From Armatimonadota bacterium (GTDB lineage: Bacteria; Armatimonadota; Hebobacteria; CAIYQO01): a stretch of DNA of 20,040 nucleotides. The position numbers were made by a program, and so were the translations under genes. The notes under the pieces were generated by a model. The model made no database searches. It was not told where the DNA came from and worked only from the letters and a program-made list of their open reading frames with translations. Shown one piece after another: positions 1 to 9,021 of the stretch. Positions within the stretch are counted from its first letter, which is position 1. Each line of letters opens with the position of its first letter. The stretch covers positions 1 to 20,040 of the forward strand of contig JBBRXO010000053.1 of assembly GCA_038248345.1 (NCBI GenBank), written 5' to 3'.

Positions 1-248
1 ATGGCCCAGTGCGCCGTCCATTGGTCTTTGGGCACCAGGTGGGCGTCGGGCCAGCGGGCACGCAATGCCTCTATATTGTACTCGATATTCAGCTTTTTCA
101 GCGCGAACTTGAGCGGGTACACCGCCCCGTAGAGTGCGGGGATGGCGAGTTCACCCACCACATTCGGGTCGCCCACCGTTGTGACAGTCACCATCAGTCG
201 TACCGGCAATTCCAGGATTACCGGGTCAGTCATCAATTGGCTTGGCAT
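1..248 (-). CDS. GyrI-like small-molecule-binding domain protein (runs off the window's left edge; not in the ORF track)
   Basis: Manual translation from ATG at 248: MPSQLMTDPVILELPVRLMVTVTTVGDPNVVGELAIPALYGAVYPLKFALKK...LRARWPDAHLVPKDQWTAHWA, open to position 1. The GDPN and ALYGAVYxLKF motifs are typical of GyrI-like proteins. Purine-rich RBS AAGAAGGGG lies upstream. Confidence 0.8.
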   Translation of the reverse strand, partial: MPSQLMTDPVILELPVRLMVTVTTVGDPNVVGELAIPALYGAVYPLKFALKKLNIEYNIEALRARWPDAHLVPKDQWTAHWA

Positions 249-253
249 CGCAA

Positions 254-448
254 TTACCCCTTCTTCTTATGCATCATTGACACAATAACCATTATCGCAA
301 AGGCCAGCAGGAATATTACTAGGAGACCAATAAGAAGCTGAACCCAGAGGAGGGCTAACGTCAATATTCCCTTCAAAAGCAGGTAACCAATAACGAGAAA
401 ACCGATGATTGTCGCGATGAGCATGAGGATTCGCCATAATTCTTTCAT
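254..448 (-). CDS. Small membrane protein, 64 aa, two hydrophobic segments
   Basis: Strong RBS (GGAGG) before the ATG; two long hydrophobic stretches and a basic KKK tail; stop lies 5 nt upstream of the GyrI-like gene. Confidence 0.7.
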   Translation of the reverse strand: MKELWRILMLIATIIGFLVIGYLLLKGILTLALLWVQLLIGLLVIFLLAFAIMVIVSMMHKKKG

Positions 449-596
449 CTCTATACCTCCATTTAGGTTAATGATAGCACATCATTAGCCATTTCGGCGG
501 TGGCAATGATGGTTTTATGCAACAATTGATCAGGTTGTAATGGATTTCAATCCCAGCAACAACGGGTTTGTAATTTGGAACCCATTCAATTGGATA

Positions 597-621
597 CCCC
601 CTTCCCTCGTGGGGAAGGGGG
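597..621. repeat. GC-rich hairpin CCCCCTTCCC-TCGTG-GGGAAGGGGG (REP-like or terminator)
   Basis: Perfect 10-bp stem downstream of the AraC stop. A similar left arm (CCCTTCCC) begins at the extreme right end of the window. Confidence 0.55.
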
Positions 622-688
622 CCGACGGTACGAATATATGCACGAAAATGTGCTATGTTGGGATTGAACCATTTCCTTACCAGTATCA

Positions 689-1549
689 TCAAGTTCCTAA
701 CATCGACATCTTCGTACGGTAAGCGGAGGGCGAATGGTGATACCGTCGTTTGAAGCATTTCGAGAAGTAATAAGGATCGGGGATGCCGACTTGCTTGCCG
801 ATCTCACTTATCGGTATACGAGTGGTCATCAGGAGGCTGGTGGCTACTCCCAGGCGTGCATGGATTACCCACTGCATCGGTGACTGCTGTAGATGGGTGC
901 GGAAAAGTCGATTCAATGTGGCTGCGCTGCACCCGGCGAACTCCGTCAACTGGCTCATGGTATACGAGCGGGTGATATTGGCGCGTACACTGGCAGTTAC
1001 CCGCTGGAGTGACACGGGGAGTTGCGAGCCACCGCCGGGAGCAGCCACCGCGCGGGTGATCTCCTGCAACAGCAGCTCCCCCAGCCAGTGTGCGTGCTCA
1101 TCTTGCCTATTATCGGCGCGGAACCAGGTGATGGCATAATCGGCTAGTAGCGATAGTCCGCGGGCATTGGAGAAAGAGCCGCCTACCACGCCCACGCACC
1201 CCGGCACTTCCCCGTCACTGATCCAGGGGGCATCGGTCAACGGATGTGACGGCAGGTGGGAGACCTCATAGGTAATGGGAATCCCTGTTCCGTAGCGAGG
1301 GATAATGTGCGCGCCACCGACCAGGTAAGGTGTCTGCGCGTCAGGGTGGTAGCTAATCGAGTGGTTCCACGGGAGGAAGAGGAAATCACCCACCGCCAGG
1401 GAAAAATGCTTCCGATTCACGATCACCTCACCATGGCCACTGACGCACCAGAGCAACATGCGGCTTTGTACACGGGGATAAGAGATGCGCATGCCCCGCG
1501 AGAATTGAAAATGATTGGCTAACACCATAATCGGGTATTTTTCCGACAT
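689..1549 (-). CDS. AraC-family transcriptional regulator (cupin plus double HTH)
   Basis: N-terminal cupin (VSGHGEVIVN...GDFLFLPWNHSISY); C-terminal AraC signature (SPMQWV...ISEIGKQVGIPDPYYFSKCFKR...SPSAYR); GAGGTG RBS. Confidence 0.93.
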   Translation of the reverse strand: MSEKYPIMVLANHFQFSRGMRISYPRVQSRMLLWCVSGHGEVIVNRKHFSLAVGDFLFLPWNHSISYHPDAQTPYLVGGAHIIPRYGTGIPITYEVSHLPSHPLTDAPWISDGEVPGCVGVVGGSFSNARGLSLLADYAITWFRADNRQDEHAHWLGELLLQEITRAVAAPGGGSQLPVSLQRVTASVRANITRSYTMSQLTEFAGCSAATLNRLFRTHLQQSPMQWVIHARLGVATSLLMTTRIPISEIGKQVGIPDPYYFSKCFKRRYHHSPSAYRTKMSMLGT

Positions 1550-1699
1550 ACTATCACCTCATAATGAATGGATAAACAAAGAAAAATGCGTAAATAGCAG
1601 GATTCTGCTTGAATTATACAAGTATTAGCGTTTTTGTCTATTTGCAATTATCGTGTGGAAGGATAGAATGTTGTCAGTAAATTATGGGGGGAACTGATA

Positions 1700-2785
1700 A
1701 TGACCAGTAACCATATGTCATCCAAAGAGCGTGTGCTGACGACCTTTGCCCGGCAGGAAGCGGATCGAGTGCCGATTGATTACATGGCCAACCCGGGGAT
1801 TGATGCGCGGTTGAAGGCGCATTTTGGCTTAAAGCCAGATGATTCGGAGGGATTACGCCGGGCGCTGGGGGTGGACTTCCGTGGGATAGGCGCGCCTTAT
1901 TGTGGGCCAAAGCTACATGAGGAACGCCCAGCTCGGCAGGTTGACCCGGAGTGGGGGTGGGTGACGCGGCTGGTCGAGCATGAGAGCGGAAACTACTGGG
2001 ATTTCTGCGATTTCCCCTTGCAGGATTCCGATGAAGAGATGGTGGCAAAGTGGCCGCTCCCATCGCCAGATGACTACGATTATTCCGTTATCGCGCCCGG
2101 CTGCACCGCTACACAGGAGTACGCGGTATACGTCGGTGGCCATGGCCTGGCTTGTATTATGAATACCGCCGGTTTTCTCCGCGGTATGGAGCAGACCTTC
2201 GTCGACCTGGCGCTGGATGACCCTTCCGGTTTGTTGCTGATCGACCGCTTCCTGGCCATTGAACTGGAAGTAGCCGCCCGGACGCTGGAAGCAGCAAAAG
2301 GCGGCATTGACTTCATGTATATCGGTGAGGATCTGGGAACGCAGATCGGCCCGATGATCAGCATGGAGATGTTCCACAAACATATCAAGCCGCGCCACCA
2401 ACCTTTCTTCGATCTGGCCAAAGCTTACGACTTACCGGTGATGATGCACACTTGCGGCAGCAGCAGTTGGGCCTATGATGAGTATATATCCATGGGGTTG
2501 ACGGCGGCAGAAACCCTGCAGCCGGAAGCGACCAACATGTCTCCCGCCTACCTGAAGCAACGCTTTGGCGATCGCCTGGCCTTCCACGGCTGCATCAGCA
2601 CGGCGGGGCCGCTAGCGTATGGTACCGTGGCGGAGACGGTGGCCAACTGCCGCGAAGCGCTGGATATCATGATGCCCGGTGGCGGCTACTGCTTCTCCCC
2701 CACCCATTGCCTGCAGGATAACTCCCCCACCGAAAACGTCATCGCCATGTATGATACCGGGCATGAATATGGGCGGTATCGGTGA
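1700..2785 (+). CDS. Uroporphyrinogen decarboxylase / MtaA-CmuA superfamily protein
   Basis: MSSKERV...DRVP N-terminus, LRGMEQ..VDLA, GEDLGTQ.GPMIS, MHTCG, FHGCIS, GGGYCFSPTH motifs of the URO-D/CIMS-like TIM-barrel family. Not canonical HemE. Confidence 0.88.
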   Translation: MTSNHMSSKERVLTTFARQEADRVPIDYMANPGIDARLKAHFGLKPDDSEGLRRALGVDFRGIGAPYCGPKLHEERPARQVDPEWGWVTRLVEHESGNYWDFCDFPLQDSDEEMVAKWPLPSPDDYDYSVIAPGCTATQEYAVYVGGHGLACIMNTAGFLRGMEQTFVDLALDDPSGLLLIDRFLAIELEVAARTLEAAKGGIDFMYIGEDLGTQIGPMISMEMFHKHIKPRHQPFFDLAKAYDLPVMMHTCGSSSWAYDEYISMGLTAAETLQPEATNMSPAYLKQRFGDRLAFHGCISTAGPLAYGTVAETVANCREALDIMMPGGGYCFSPTHCLQDNSPTENVIAMYDTGHEYGRYR

Positions 2786-2800
2786 GTCGGTAGCAATACA

Positions 2801-3673
2801 TCACCGGCTCGCCCCGCGATACCCGCCCGGATGCTGGTTGGTGTAGCGTTTAAAGACTGTGGCGAAGTATTGGGAAGAGGAGAAGCCGAGGGCGTAGGCG
2901 ATGGCGGTGATGGAGATATCATGGTCGCGCAACAGCTCTTTGGCACGTTCGATTTTGCGACGGGTGCAGTATTCCGCCGGTGGAATGCCGACGGCCTCTT
3001 TGAATTTAGCCTTGAAACGTGAGGGGGAGAGATTCATCAACTCTGCCAGTTGTTCGATAGTGGTCTGCTCGGTGATATTTTCCTCGATATAATGGAGGCA
3101 CCGGTTGATATCGTCTGGGCAACTGTCCTCCACCGCCAGCTCCGAGCAGCGCAGTATCTCCAGTAGCAACTCGACGAATACCGTAGCCAGGGCGATCTCC
3201 TGTAGCGGCCCGTGTTGCGTGAAATAGACCACCAAAGTCTCCTCAAAGAGGCGCTGTACATTCCAATTGGCGCGGAAATGCCGCCGGGGGATAGCCAGGA
3301 GGCGCTCCAGTAACGGGCGGGCGTAGTCGGCAGTGAAGGTGAGAAACGGCTGGCCCGGTTCCGGCCAGCCCACCTGCAGCCAGTATAATGTGCCCTTCTC
3401 CTGTGGGGAATCGCCGGTGCTATGCTCCTCATTGGGGTAGGTAACGTAGATATCGTTGCCCGTCATCACGTAGCGCCGCTGCCCCACCTCGTACACCTGC
3501 ACCCCCTTGGCTAGGTAGCAGATCTCAATACTGCCGGGGTGGCGGTGGGTGGCCAGCCCCTCGGTAGCCCGGGCGAGGTGATACCGCCCCAGAAAGAGCT
3601 GGCCGGCAAACGGATGCCCGGCGAAATCCAGGATAATCTTCGGGGATTGCAGTGTCAGGTTATCGGTGGGCAT
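2801..3673 (-). CDS. AraC-family transcriptional regulator (cupin plus HTH)
   Basis: HRH...EICYLAKGVQVY...PNEEH cupin; LAELMNLSPSRFKAKFK and ITAIAYALGFSSSQYFATVFKR HTH motifs. Start moved to ATG 3673 (MPTDNL) because the ORF-track extension covers the AT-rich promoter region. Confidence 0.92.
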   Translation of the reverse strand: MPTDNLTLQSPKIILDFAGHPFAGQLFLGRYHLARATEGLATHRHPGSIEICYLAKGVQVYEVGQRRYVMTGNDIYVTYPNEEHSTGDSPQEKGTLYWLQVGWPEPGQPFLTFTADYARPLLERLLAIPRRHFRANWNVQRLFEETLVVYFTQHGPLQEIALATVFVELLLEILRCSELAVEDSCPDDINRCLHYIEENITEQTTIEQLAELMNLSPSRFKAKFKEAVGIPPAEYCTRRKIERAKELLRDHDISITAIAYALGFSSSQYFATVFKRYTNQHPGGYRGASR

Positions 3674-3768
3674 GTTTGATATAGTACTGCAATACGCTAT
3701 TGAAAGCAATACTAACATCGACAGGATACAATATTTGCAACTTAAATCTATCCTCAAGGAGAAGTACC

Positions 3769-4734
3769 ATGGGCCAGTTTGAAGACAGAATAAAAGCGAT
3801 GAAATTCGCCACTCCGGAGTTCATTCCTTTCGAGGTAGGGATCCTACCCGCCGCCTGGATGAAACACCGCGATGCACTGGACGAAATTGTCCATAATCAT
3901 CCAATCGTCTTCGGCGACCAGGAGGCAACCGTGCGCGATTTTGATTACATCGGGCCGGCCACATTCCACGAGGGCAAGCACACGGATATCTGGGGGTGCG
4001 TCTGGAGTAATGTTGCCGAAGGGATGGAGGCCATCGTCACCGAACATCCACTGCCCAACCGCGAAGACGTCTGCACTATGAAAATGCCGGCGAAACCCCT
4101 CGGCTCGCTGCCGCACGGCTTCATGTACTTGCGTCTGGGCGATTTGCGCGGTTTTGAAGAAGTGATGGTGGACTTCGCCGAAGAACCGGAAGAACTGCAG
4201 ATTCTCATCGATACCGTACTCCAGCACAATATGCTGGAGCTGGAGTTGATCCTACAAAAGCAGCATAACTCCTACATCTCCTTCGGCGATGACCTGGGTA
4301 TGCAAGCCAGCCTGCCGATAAGTCCGGCCACCTGGCGTAAATACCTGAAACCCTGCTACATGAAGATGTATCAGCGCGTACATGCCGCGGGCTACGATGT
4401 GTATATGCACACCGACGGGCATATCTACGAGATCATCCCCGACCTCGTCGACTGCGGCGTGAATGTAGTGAACCCACAAATCCGCGCCAATGGACTGGAT
4501 AATCTGGCGCGTGTCTGCAAAGGCAAAGTCTGTGTCGACCTCGACCTGGATCGCCAGATGTTCCCCTTCTGCCGCCCCGATGAGATCGACGCCCATGTCC
4601 GTGAAGCGGTAGAAATGCTAGGCGCCCCCGAAGGCGGCCTCTGGCTCCGCGCCGAAATCGGCCCCGACGTACCACTCGATACCATCGATGCGATCTGCGT
4701 AGCGCTGGAAACGTATCGGGGGTATTATAGTTAA
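3769..4734 (+). CDS. Second URO-D / MtaA-CmuA superfamily protein
   Basis: TDIWGCVW, LRGFEEVMVD, FGDDLGMQ, MHTDGHI, DLDRQ..P motifs. AAGGAG RBS precedes ATG 3769, in frame with ORF 3700..4734. Confidence 0.88.
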   Translation: MGQFEDRIKAMKFATPEFIPFEVGILPAAWMKHRDALDEIVHNHPIVFGDQEATVRDFDYIGPATFHEGKHTDIWGCVWSNVAEGMEAIVTEHPLPNREDVCTMKMPAKPLGSLPHGFMYLRLGDLRGFEEVMVDFAEEPEELQILIDTVLQHNMLELELILQKQHNSYISFGDDLGMQASLPISPATWRKYLKPCYMKMYQRVHAAGYDVYMHTDGHIYEIIPDLVDCGVNVVNPQIRANGLDNLARVCKGKVCVDLDLDRQMFPFCRPDEIDAHVREAVEMLGAPEGGLWLRAEIGPDVPLDTIDAICVALETYRGYYS

Positions 4735-4756
4735 AAAATGCAGGGGATTTATGCCT

Positions 4757-4780
4757 GGGAGCGCAGGCGTCCCGCCTGCC
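4757..4780. repeat. REP-like palindrome GCAGGCG-TCC-CGCCTGC
   Basis: 7-bp perfect stem at 4763-4779; 15 nt (CGCAGGCGTCCCGCC) identical at 14533-14547. Confidence 0.65.
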
Positions 4781-4839
4781 CCGAAAGCAAGGCAATCGGT
4801 ATGGTGGTTTATCGTGGCATAGCCTGTCCACCATAGCCA

Positions 4840-4992
4840 TTATGCCGACGGCCTATAGCCACGTGCCATAGCGCGTAATGTTGTTTGTAGCTTATCAGAT
4901 TGAACAATAAGTGCAGGACGTTTTTTATAGGTTAGCATATCGGCATTGGGGAAAGAAGCAAGCACGACGTCGCCCCGACTATAGCTCATCAT
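4840..4992 (-). pseudogene. 3'-truncated PemK/MazF-family toxin
   Basis: MSYSRGDVVLASFPNADMLTYKKRPALIVQSD is the classic PemK N-terminus (RGDVV..FP...K.RPA.IV). Only about 50 aa against about 110-120 expected; the MITS region is missing. Start overlaps the end of the upstream gene. Confidence 0.8.
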
Positions 4993-5191
4993 AAGCCTCC
5001 ATACCCCGTGCGTTCCAATCTTCTTCAAACGATTTTAGGCGTAAACGTGCCTCCATTGCTTCTTTTGGTGAGATGTTGATATCTGCTAAGAGAAGCTCTC
5101 TTTGCAGAGCAATACTAGGGTTACGAAGACTCCGCCTCGTTTTATTTAAACCGTCTGTTATTGGTTTGTTCTTCAATGTTTTACTAGCCAT
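4979..5191 (-). CDS. Putative antitoxin for the PemK-like toxin
   Basis: 70 aa with C-terminal ..RLKSFEEDWNARGMEAYDEL, resembling small proteins found upstream of PemK genes; 3' end overlaps the toxin start; GAGG RBS. Confidence 0.65.
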   Translation of the reverse strand: MASKTLKNKPITDGLNKTRRSLRNPSIALQRELLLADINISPKEAMEARLRLKSFEEDWNARGMEAYDEL

Positions 5192-5306
5192 GTATTCCTC
5201 TTACCTAGGCCCTGTCCCTCGCCACCCCACCCCCAATATTGAGTGTGAAGCTAAATATTGGATGGGCTGCACCTGTGGTTTTCCAGCATTATTCGTTACT
5301 TGATGA

Positions 5307-6098
5307 TTACTCCATCGCTGACGCTGCTTTACCTATTCTCCGCCGCCATGCGATAAACATCATGAGGAGTACCAGCAGGATGACTGTGATCATCCCGGCG
5401 GCAGCATAGGTAACCGTGCTGTTTGCAGGTCGTACCCAATTTGCGATCACCACTCCGACCAGCCCCCAAATTACCGCCAGCGGGTAGGCGAGGTTGCCGC
5501 GGCCCAGATATGTGAATAACGCCCCCACGATGCCGGCGAGCAGCACCAGAGCGACGAAAATGTATAGATCAGTGAATCCCGCTGCGGTGGCGGCGTTACC
5601 AAAGCCGGCGAAGACGGCTACCGAGACCCAGCCGATGAGGATGTTGATGGGGAAGGCTATCAGGATGCGGTCGGCGGCGCTCTTTTCGGCAGTGGCGGCG
5701 ATGGCCAGGTAGGGCGGTACCAGCACCCACCAGATGCCGAAGAGCAGGATCGCCAGCAGCAGATCAGCCGCGTAAAGCTGGGCTAGCAATGACCAGGCAG
5801 TAATGAGGATAAACGCCGTACCCATATACCAGCCGATGCGCCGCAATAGCGGGTGCTCGCGTTGTGCAGGCAGCGCCTGGTAGACGGCATAGGCCATGAC
5901 CGCCGGGAAGACGATGCCCCAAATGGCGAAGGCATACGAAGAAGGTTGCGCCGGATTAAATCCGCCCGACCAGCGGGAGCCCATATCCTGCCCCATGCCG
6001 GTCAATTGCGCGAAGTAAGATGCCAGCACCTGCCCGAATCCGAATACTAAAACAATAACCTGCCGCAGTATGTCTTTTGCCCTGGTGTTATTTAACAT
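5307..6098 (-). CDS. TspO/MBR-related tryptophan-rich multi-pass membrane protein
   Basis: PSSYAFAIWG..F, YAVYQALPAQRE.P.LRRIGW, GWVSVA and Y.LAVIWGLVG motifs; about 8 hydrophobic segments. ATG 6098 has a GAGG RBS (alternative start 6113). Confidence 0.75.
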   Translation of the reverse strand: MLNNTRAKDILRQVIVLVFGFGQVLASYFAQLTGMGQDMGSRWSGGFNPAQPSSYAFAIWGIVFPAVMAYAVYQALPAQREHPLLRRIGWYMGTAFILITAWSLLAQLYAADLLLAILLFGIWWVLVPPYLAIAATAEKSAADRILIAFPINILIGWVSVAVFAGFGNAATAAGFTDLYIFVALVLLAGIVGALFTYLGRGNLAYPLAVIWGLVGVVIANWVRPANSTVTYAAAGMITVILLVLLMMFIAWRRRIGKAASAME

Positions 6099-6161
6099 TG
6101 TGTTTACCCTCATTCCAGTCTATACCTGAGGCGATGCCCCAAGTCTTAGACACGTCATTCA

Positions 6162-6665
6162 TTAACTCTTCAAATCATCCGGTATCTTCAGCTCCAGTGT
6201 AGTCAGTTCGCCGGTGGTGATTACCACTTCGTCCATGGAGATTTCCAGCTTTTTCATCATGGCGATCAGTACGGCGTTCTGGTATTCCAAGTGCTGATAG
6301 AGCACCTCTATCTCGCGTTCCGCTTTCATATTCACCTGGTAGTCGTTCTCCGCTCGCAGTTCGCTATGCTGGCTCTGCAGGTTCTGCCCTACCATGATGA
6401 GGGGGAGCTGGATGAGTTGCAGGTAACCACTGGAGATATATTGGACCGCATCCTTGGTGGCTGGCAATATCAGCGGGCCGGATACCATTGCAAAGCATGC
6501 ATAGAAGAACCACATGGTGCTCACCACGCTGGTGGCGCGCAAGGCAATTCGATCCTGCAACGTTAACTTGGCTTCGCGCTGTTTATTAACATTCTGTATC
6601 GGCGTGATTTGCTCACGAAGTTTCAGTAATGATGGCGGAAGTACATTAGCAGCGGTATTACTCAT
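6162..6665 (-). CDS. DUF1003-domain membrane protein
   Basis: TLQDRIA...MWFFY, LQLIQLPLIMVGQN.QS...ELRAENDYQVNMKAEREIE motifs; AAGGAG RBS. Confidence 0.85.
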   Translation of the reverse strand: MSNTAANVLPPSLLKLREQITPIQNVNKQREAKLTLQDRIALRATSVVSTMWFFYACFAMVSGPLILPATKDAVQYISSGYLQLIQLPLIMVGQNLQSQHSELRAENDYQVNMKAEREIEVLYQHLEYQNAVLIAMMKKLEISMDEVVITTGELTTLELKIPDDLKS

Positions 6666-6837
6666 AGGGATGCTCCTTTAGTGTTATTTATTACATCAAT
6701 AGTACCACGGATTATGCTATTTCAGTCGCTACTGCAATACTTTTGTTTGATCATATCGCAAATTGCGCTACATCATTGTGCTATCTATAAGACAATGTGT
6801 ACTTATGTTTGAAGTCAGAAATAGTGTATCCTGAGGT

Positions 6838-8292
6838 GTGCAAATTATAAATGAAGCTCGAATGGCCCTGCTGAACTCCGCCCCGCCGCGTGCTGACGGG
6901 CGGGTGGTGATCTATTGGATGCAGCAGACGCAGCGGGCGGAGGATAACCACGCACTGGAGGCGGCGATAGCGCTGGCGAATGAACTCAACACGCCAGTGG
7001 TGGCGCTCTTTGTGCTGCAGCCGGGGTATCCGGGGGCAAATCTGCGGCATTACACCTTCATGCTGGAGGGATTACGCACGACTGCGGCACGGCTACGCGG
7101 GCGCGGTGTCGGCTGGGCGACGATGCTGGGCGACCCGGTGACATGTGTGCCGGAAGCCGTGCGCCAGTTGCATGCTGCCGCACTCATCACTGACCGCGGC
7201 TACCTGCGGCACCAGCGGCGGTGGCGGGCACAGATCGCCGCCGAACTCAGTGTGCAGATGTTGGAAGTCGATACCGATTGCGTCATCCCCTGCACCCTCT
7301 TCCCCAAGGAGGAGTACGCTGCCCGCACTTTGCGCCCCAAATATCGGCGGCTCCTGCCTGAGTTCCTCACCCCGATTATTCCGCTGATGCCGCGGGTTGC
7401 TCCGCCGACCGTGTTGCCGCGGCAGTTCGATGTCGATGACCTCCCCGCCACGCTGCAGACGCTGCATACTGATCTTTCCGTGCCTCCTTCGGTCAGCTTT
7501 TGTGGCGGAGCGGTGGAGGCGGAGCGGCGGCTCGATAATTTCATCCACGCACAACTGCCCCGCTACCGGGAAGACCATGCGGATGCGGCGGGCAACAGCG
7601 GCAGCCACCTCAGCGCCTACCTGCATTATGGGCAGCTATCTCCACTTCGGGTGGCGCTGCAGGTGAGCGCAGCGGGGGCGACGGATGACCTGTCGGTGCA
7701 ATCATATCTGGATGAGCTGCTCATCCGCCGCGAGTTAAGCATCAATTTCGCCTGGTACAATGAGCAATATGACACGCCGGCAGGCTGGCCGGCCTGGGCG
7801 CGCCAGACGCTGGATGCTCACCGTGCCGACCCACGCCAGGGCTACTACTCCCGCGCGCAACTGGCCGCCGGGGATACCGATGACGCGCTGTGGAACGCGA
7901 CGCAACATGAACTGCTGGCCGCCGGCGAAATCCACAACTATGCGCGCATGTTGTGGGCGAAAAAACTGCTGCAATGGACGGAGTGCGCGGAAGATGCGTG
8001 GGATATCGCCGTCTACCTCAATGATCGCTACGCGCTGGATGGTCGCGATGCCAGCGGCTACACCGGCATCGCCTGGTGCCTGGCGGGCAAGCACGACCGC
8101 CCCTGGCCTTCTCGTCCAATATATGGTACCGTACGCTATATGGCCACTGGCAATGCGGGCAAACATTTCAACGTCCGTGGCTATCTGGCGCGGGTAGAGG
8201 AATTATCTCAACAGGCAAATATAACCGAAAAGGAGCGCAATCATGGAACCAATGATCAAAGAGCTGCCCGGCATGAAAGTTGTCGGCATTGA
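6838..8292 (+). CDS. phrB: Class II CPD deoxyribodipyrimidine photolyase
   Basis: VIYWMQ..QRAEDNHAL, EYAARTLRPK, SHLSAYLHYGQLS, ELLIRRELS.NF, GEIHNYARMLWAKK, NDRYALDGRDASGY.GIAW and HDRPW..RPIYGTVRYM are class II photolyase motifs. Start codon uncertain (GTG 6838 or ATG 6862). Confidence 0.93.
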   Translation: MQIINEARMALLNSAPPRADGRVVIYWMQQTQRAEDNHALEAAIALANELNTPVVALFVLQPGYPGANLRHYTFMLEGLRTTAARLRGRGVGWATMLGDPVTCVPEAVRQLHAAALITDRGYLRHQRRWRAQIAAELSVQMLEVDTDCVIPCTLFPKEEYAARTLRPKYRRLLPEFLTPIIPLMPRVAPPTVLPRQFDVDDLPATLQTLHTDLSVPPSVSFCGGAVEAERRLDNFIHAQLPRYREDHADAAGNSGSHLSAYLHYGQLSPLRVALQVSAAGATDDLSVQSYLDELLIRRELSINFAWYNEQYDTPAGWPAWARQTLDAHRADPRQGYYSRAQLAAGDTDDALWNATQHELLAAGEIHNYARMLWAKKLLQWTECAEDAWDIAVYLNDRYALDGRDASGYTGIAWCLAGKHDRPWPSRPIYGTVRYMATGNAGKHFNVRGYLARVEELSQQANITEKERNHGTNDQRAARHESCRH

Positions 8293-8710
8293 ATACACCG
8301 GGTTAAACCAAAATGGCGAGGTTCAGCAACTCTGGGAGGAATTCAATTCTTATATGAATGAGATCAGAGACAAAGTTGAACCCTACCTGGCGTTGGGAGT
8401 CTGCACCAATATGCGGCCGGATGGAAGCTACACCTATGTAGCCGGCTATGCCGTCACTGTTATCGCCCAACCGCCGCCGGGGATGGTGTCTCGTTCAACC
8501 CCGCCTGCCCGTTACGCGATCTTCACCCATCACGGACAGCTCTTCGACGTGCCGAACGATCTTCATTCCACCTACAATTATATCTTCACAGACTGGCTCC
8601 CCGCCTCCGGTTACACCTATTCCGGATCACCCACTCTCGAGTGGTACGACACCCGCTTCAAACTGGAGAGTGACGAGTCAGAACTGGACATCTGCATTCC
8701 GATTAAATAG
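8243..8710 (+). CDS. GyrI-like / AraC effector-binding domain protein
   Basis: MEP.IKELPGMKVVGI, QLWEEF, Y.YVAG..V, PP.RYAIFTHHG, TY.YIFTDWLPASGY, E.YD.RF, DI.IPIK; AAGGAG RBS. Confidence 0.9.
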   Translation: MEPMIKELPGMKVVGIEYTGLNQNGEVQQLWEEFNSYMNEIRDKVEPYLALGVCTNMRPDGSYTYVAGYAVTVIAQPPPGMVSRSTPPARYAIFTHHGQLFDVPNDLHSTYNYIFTDWLPASGYTYSGSPTLEWYDTRFKLESDESELDICIPIK

Positions 8711-8827
8711 TAATACGCGGTAATAATTTTAGGCACCCGTATCATAGGCGCCTCAATAGTTCATGAGGCTCTCGAATGACGCCCGTGAAAACGGGCAAAT
8801 AATCGCATCGTCGATAGTGTCAGCTAA

Positions 8828-8849
8828 CCACCGCGAAGCGGTGGCGGAT
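8828..8849. repeat. REP-like hairpin CCACCGC-GAA-GCGGTGG-CGGAT
   Basis: 22 nt identical to 15859-15880. A neighbouring hairpin GCCCGT-GAAA-ACGGGC lies at 8781-8796. Confidence 0.7.
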
Positions 8850-9021
8850 GTGCCAATGCGGAGATTGGCGTTCCTAGGGGGAGAAATATTGCGCTATAAC
8901 CCCGTCCCAAACACCGTCCGTGCGCCGCACACGCTGCAACCCTGATATTTGCAGTACACCCGGGCAGCGCTTTCTACGATGCTGGCGGGGGATGATTTTC
9001 TGTTGTTAGTGCAAATGTCCG

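Noticed and set aside
468..758. 96-aa minus-strand ORF and 60-aa plus-strand ORF 540-722
   Set aside because: They overlap the AraC 3' end, cross repeat hairpins, and have no RBS or recognisable motif.
3674..3768. Overlapping N-terminal extensions of the AraC (to 3757) and URO-D (from 3700) ORFs, and GCAATAC direct repeats as AraC sites
   Set aside because: Downstream ATGs fit the domain starts better, and 3769 has a clear RBS. The repeat spacings of 17 and 22 bp are irregular and too short to support a site call.
1700..4734. Calling the URO-D-family genes hemE
   Set aside because: They lack the HemE N-terminal W.MRQAGR motif and have no heme-pathway context.
6666..6837. LexA box upstream of the photolyase
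   Set aside because: No GAAC-N4-GTTC or CTGT-N8-ACAG match seen.
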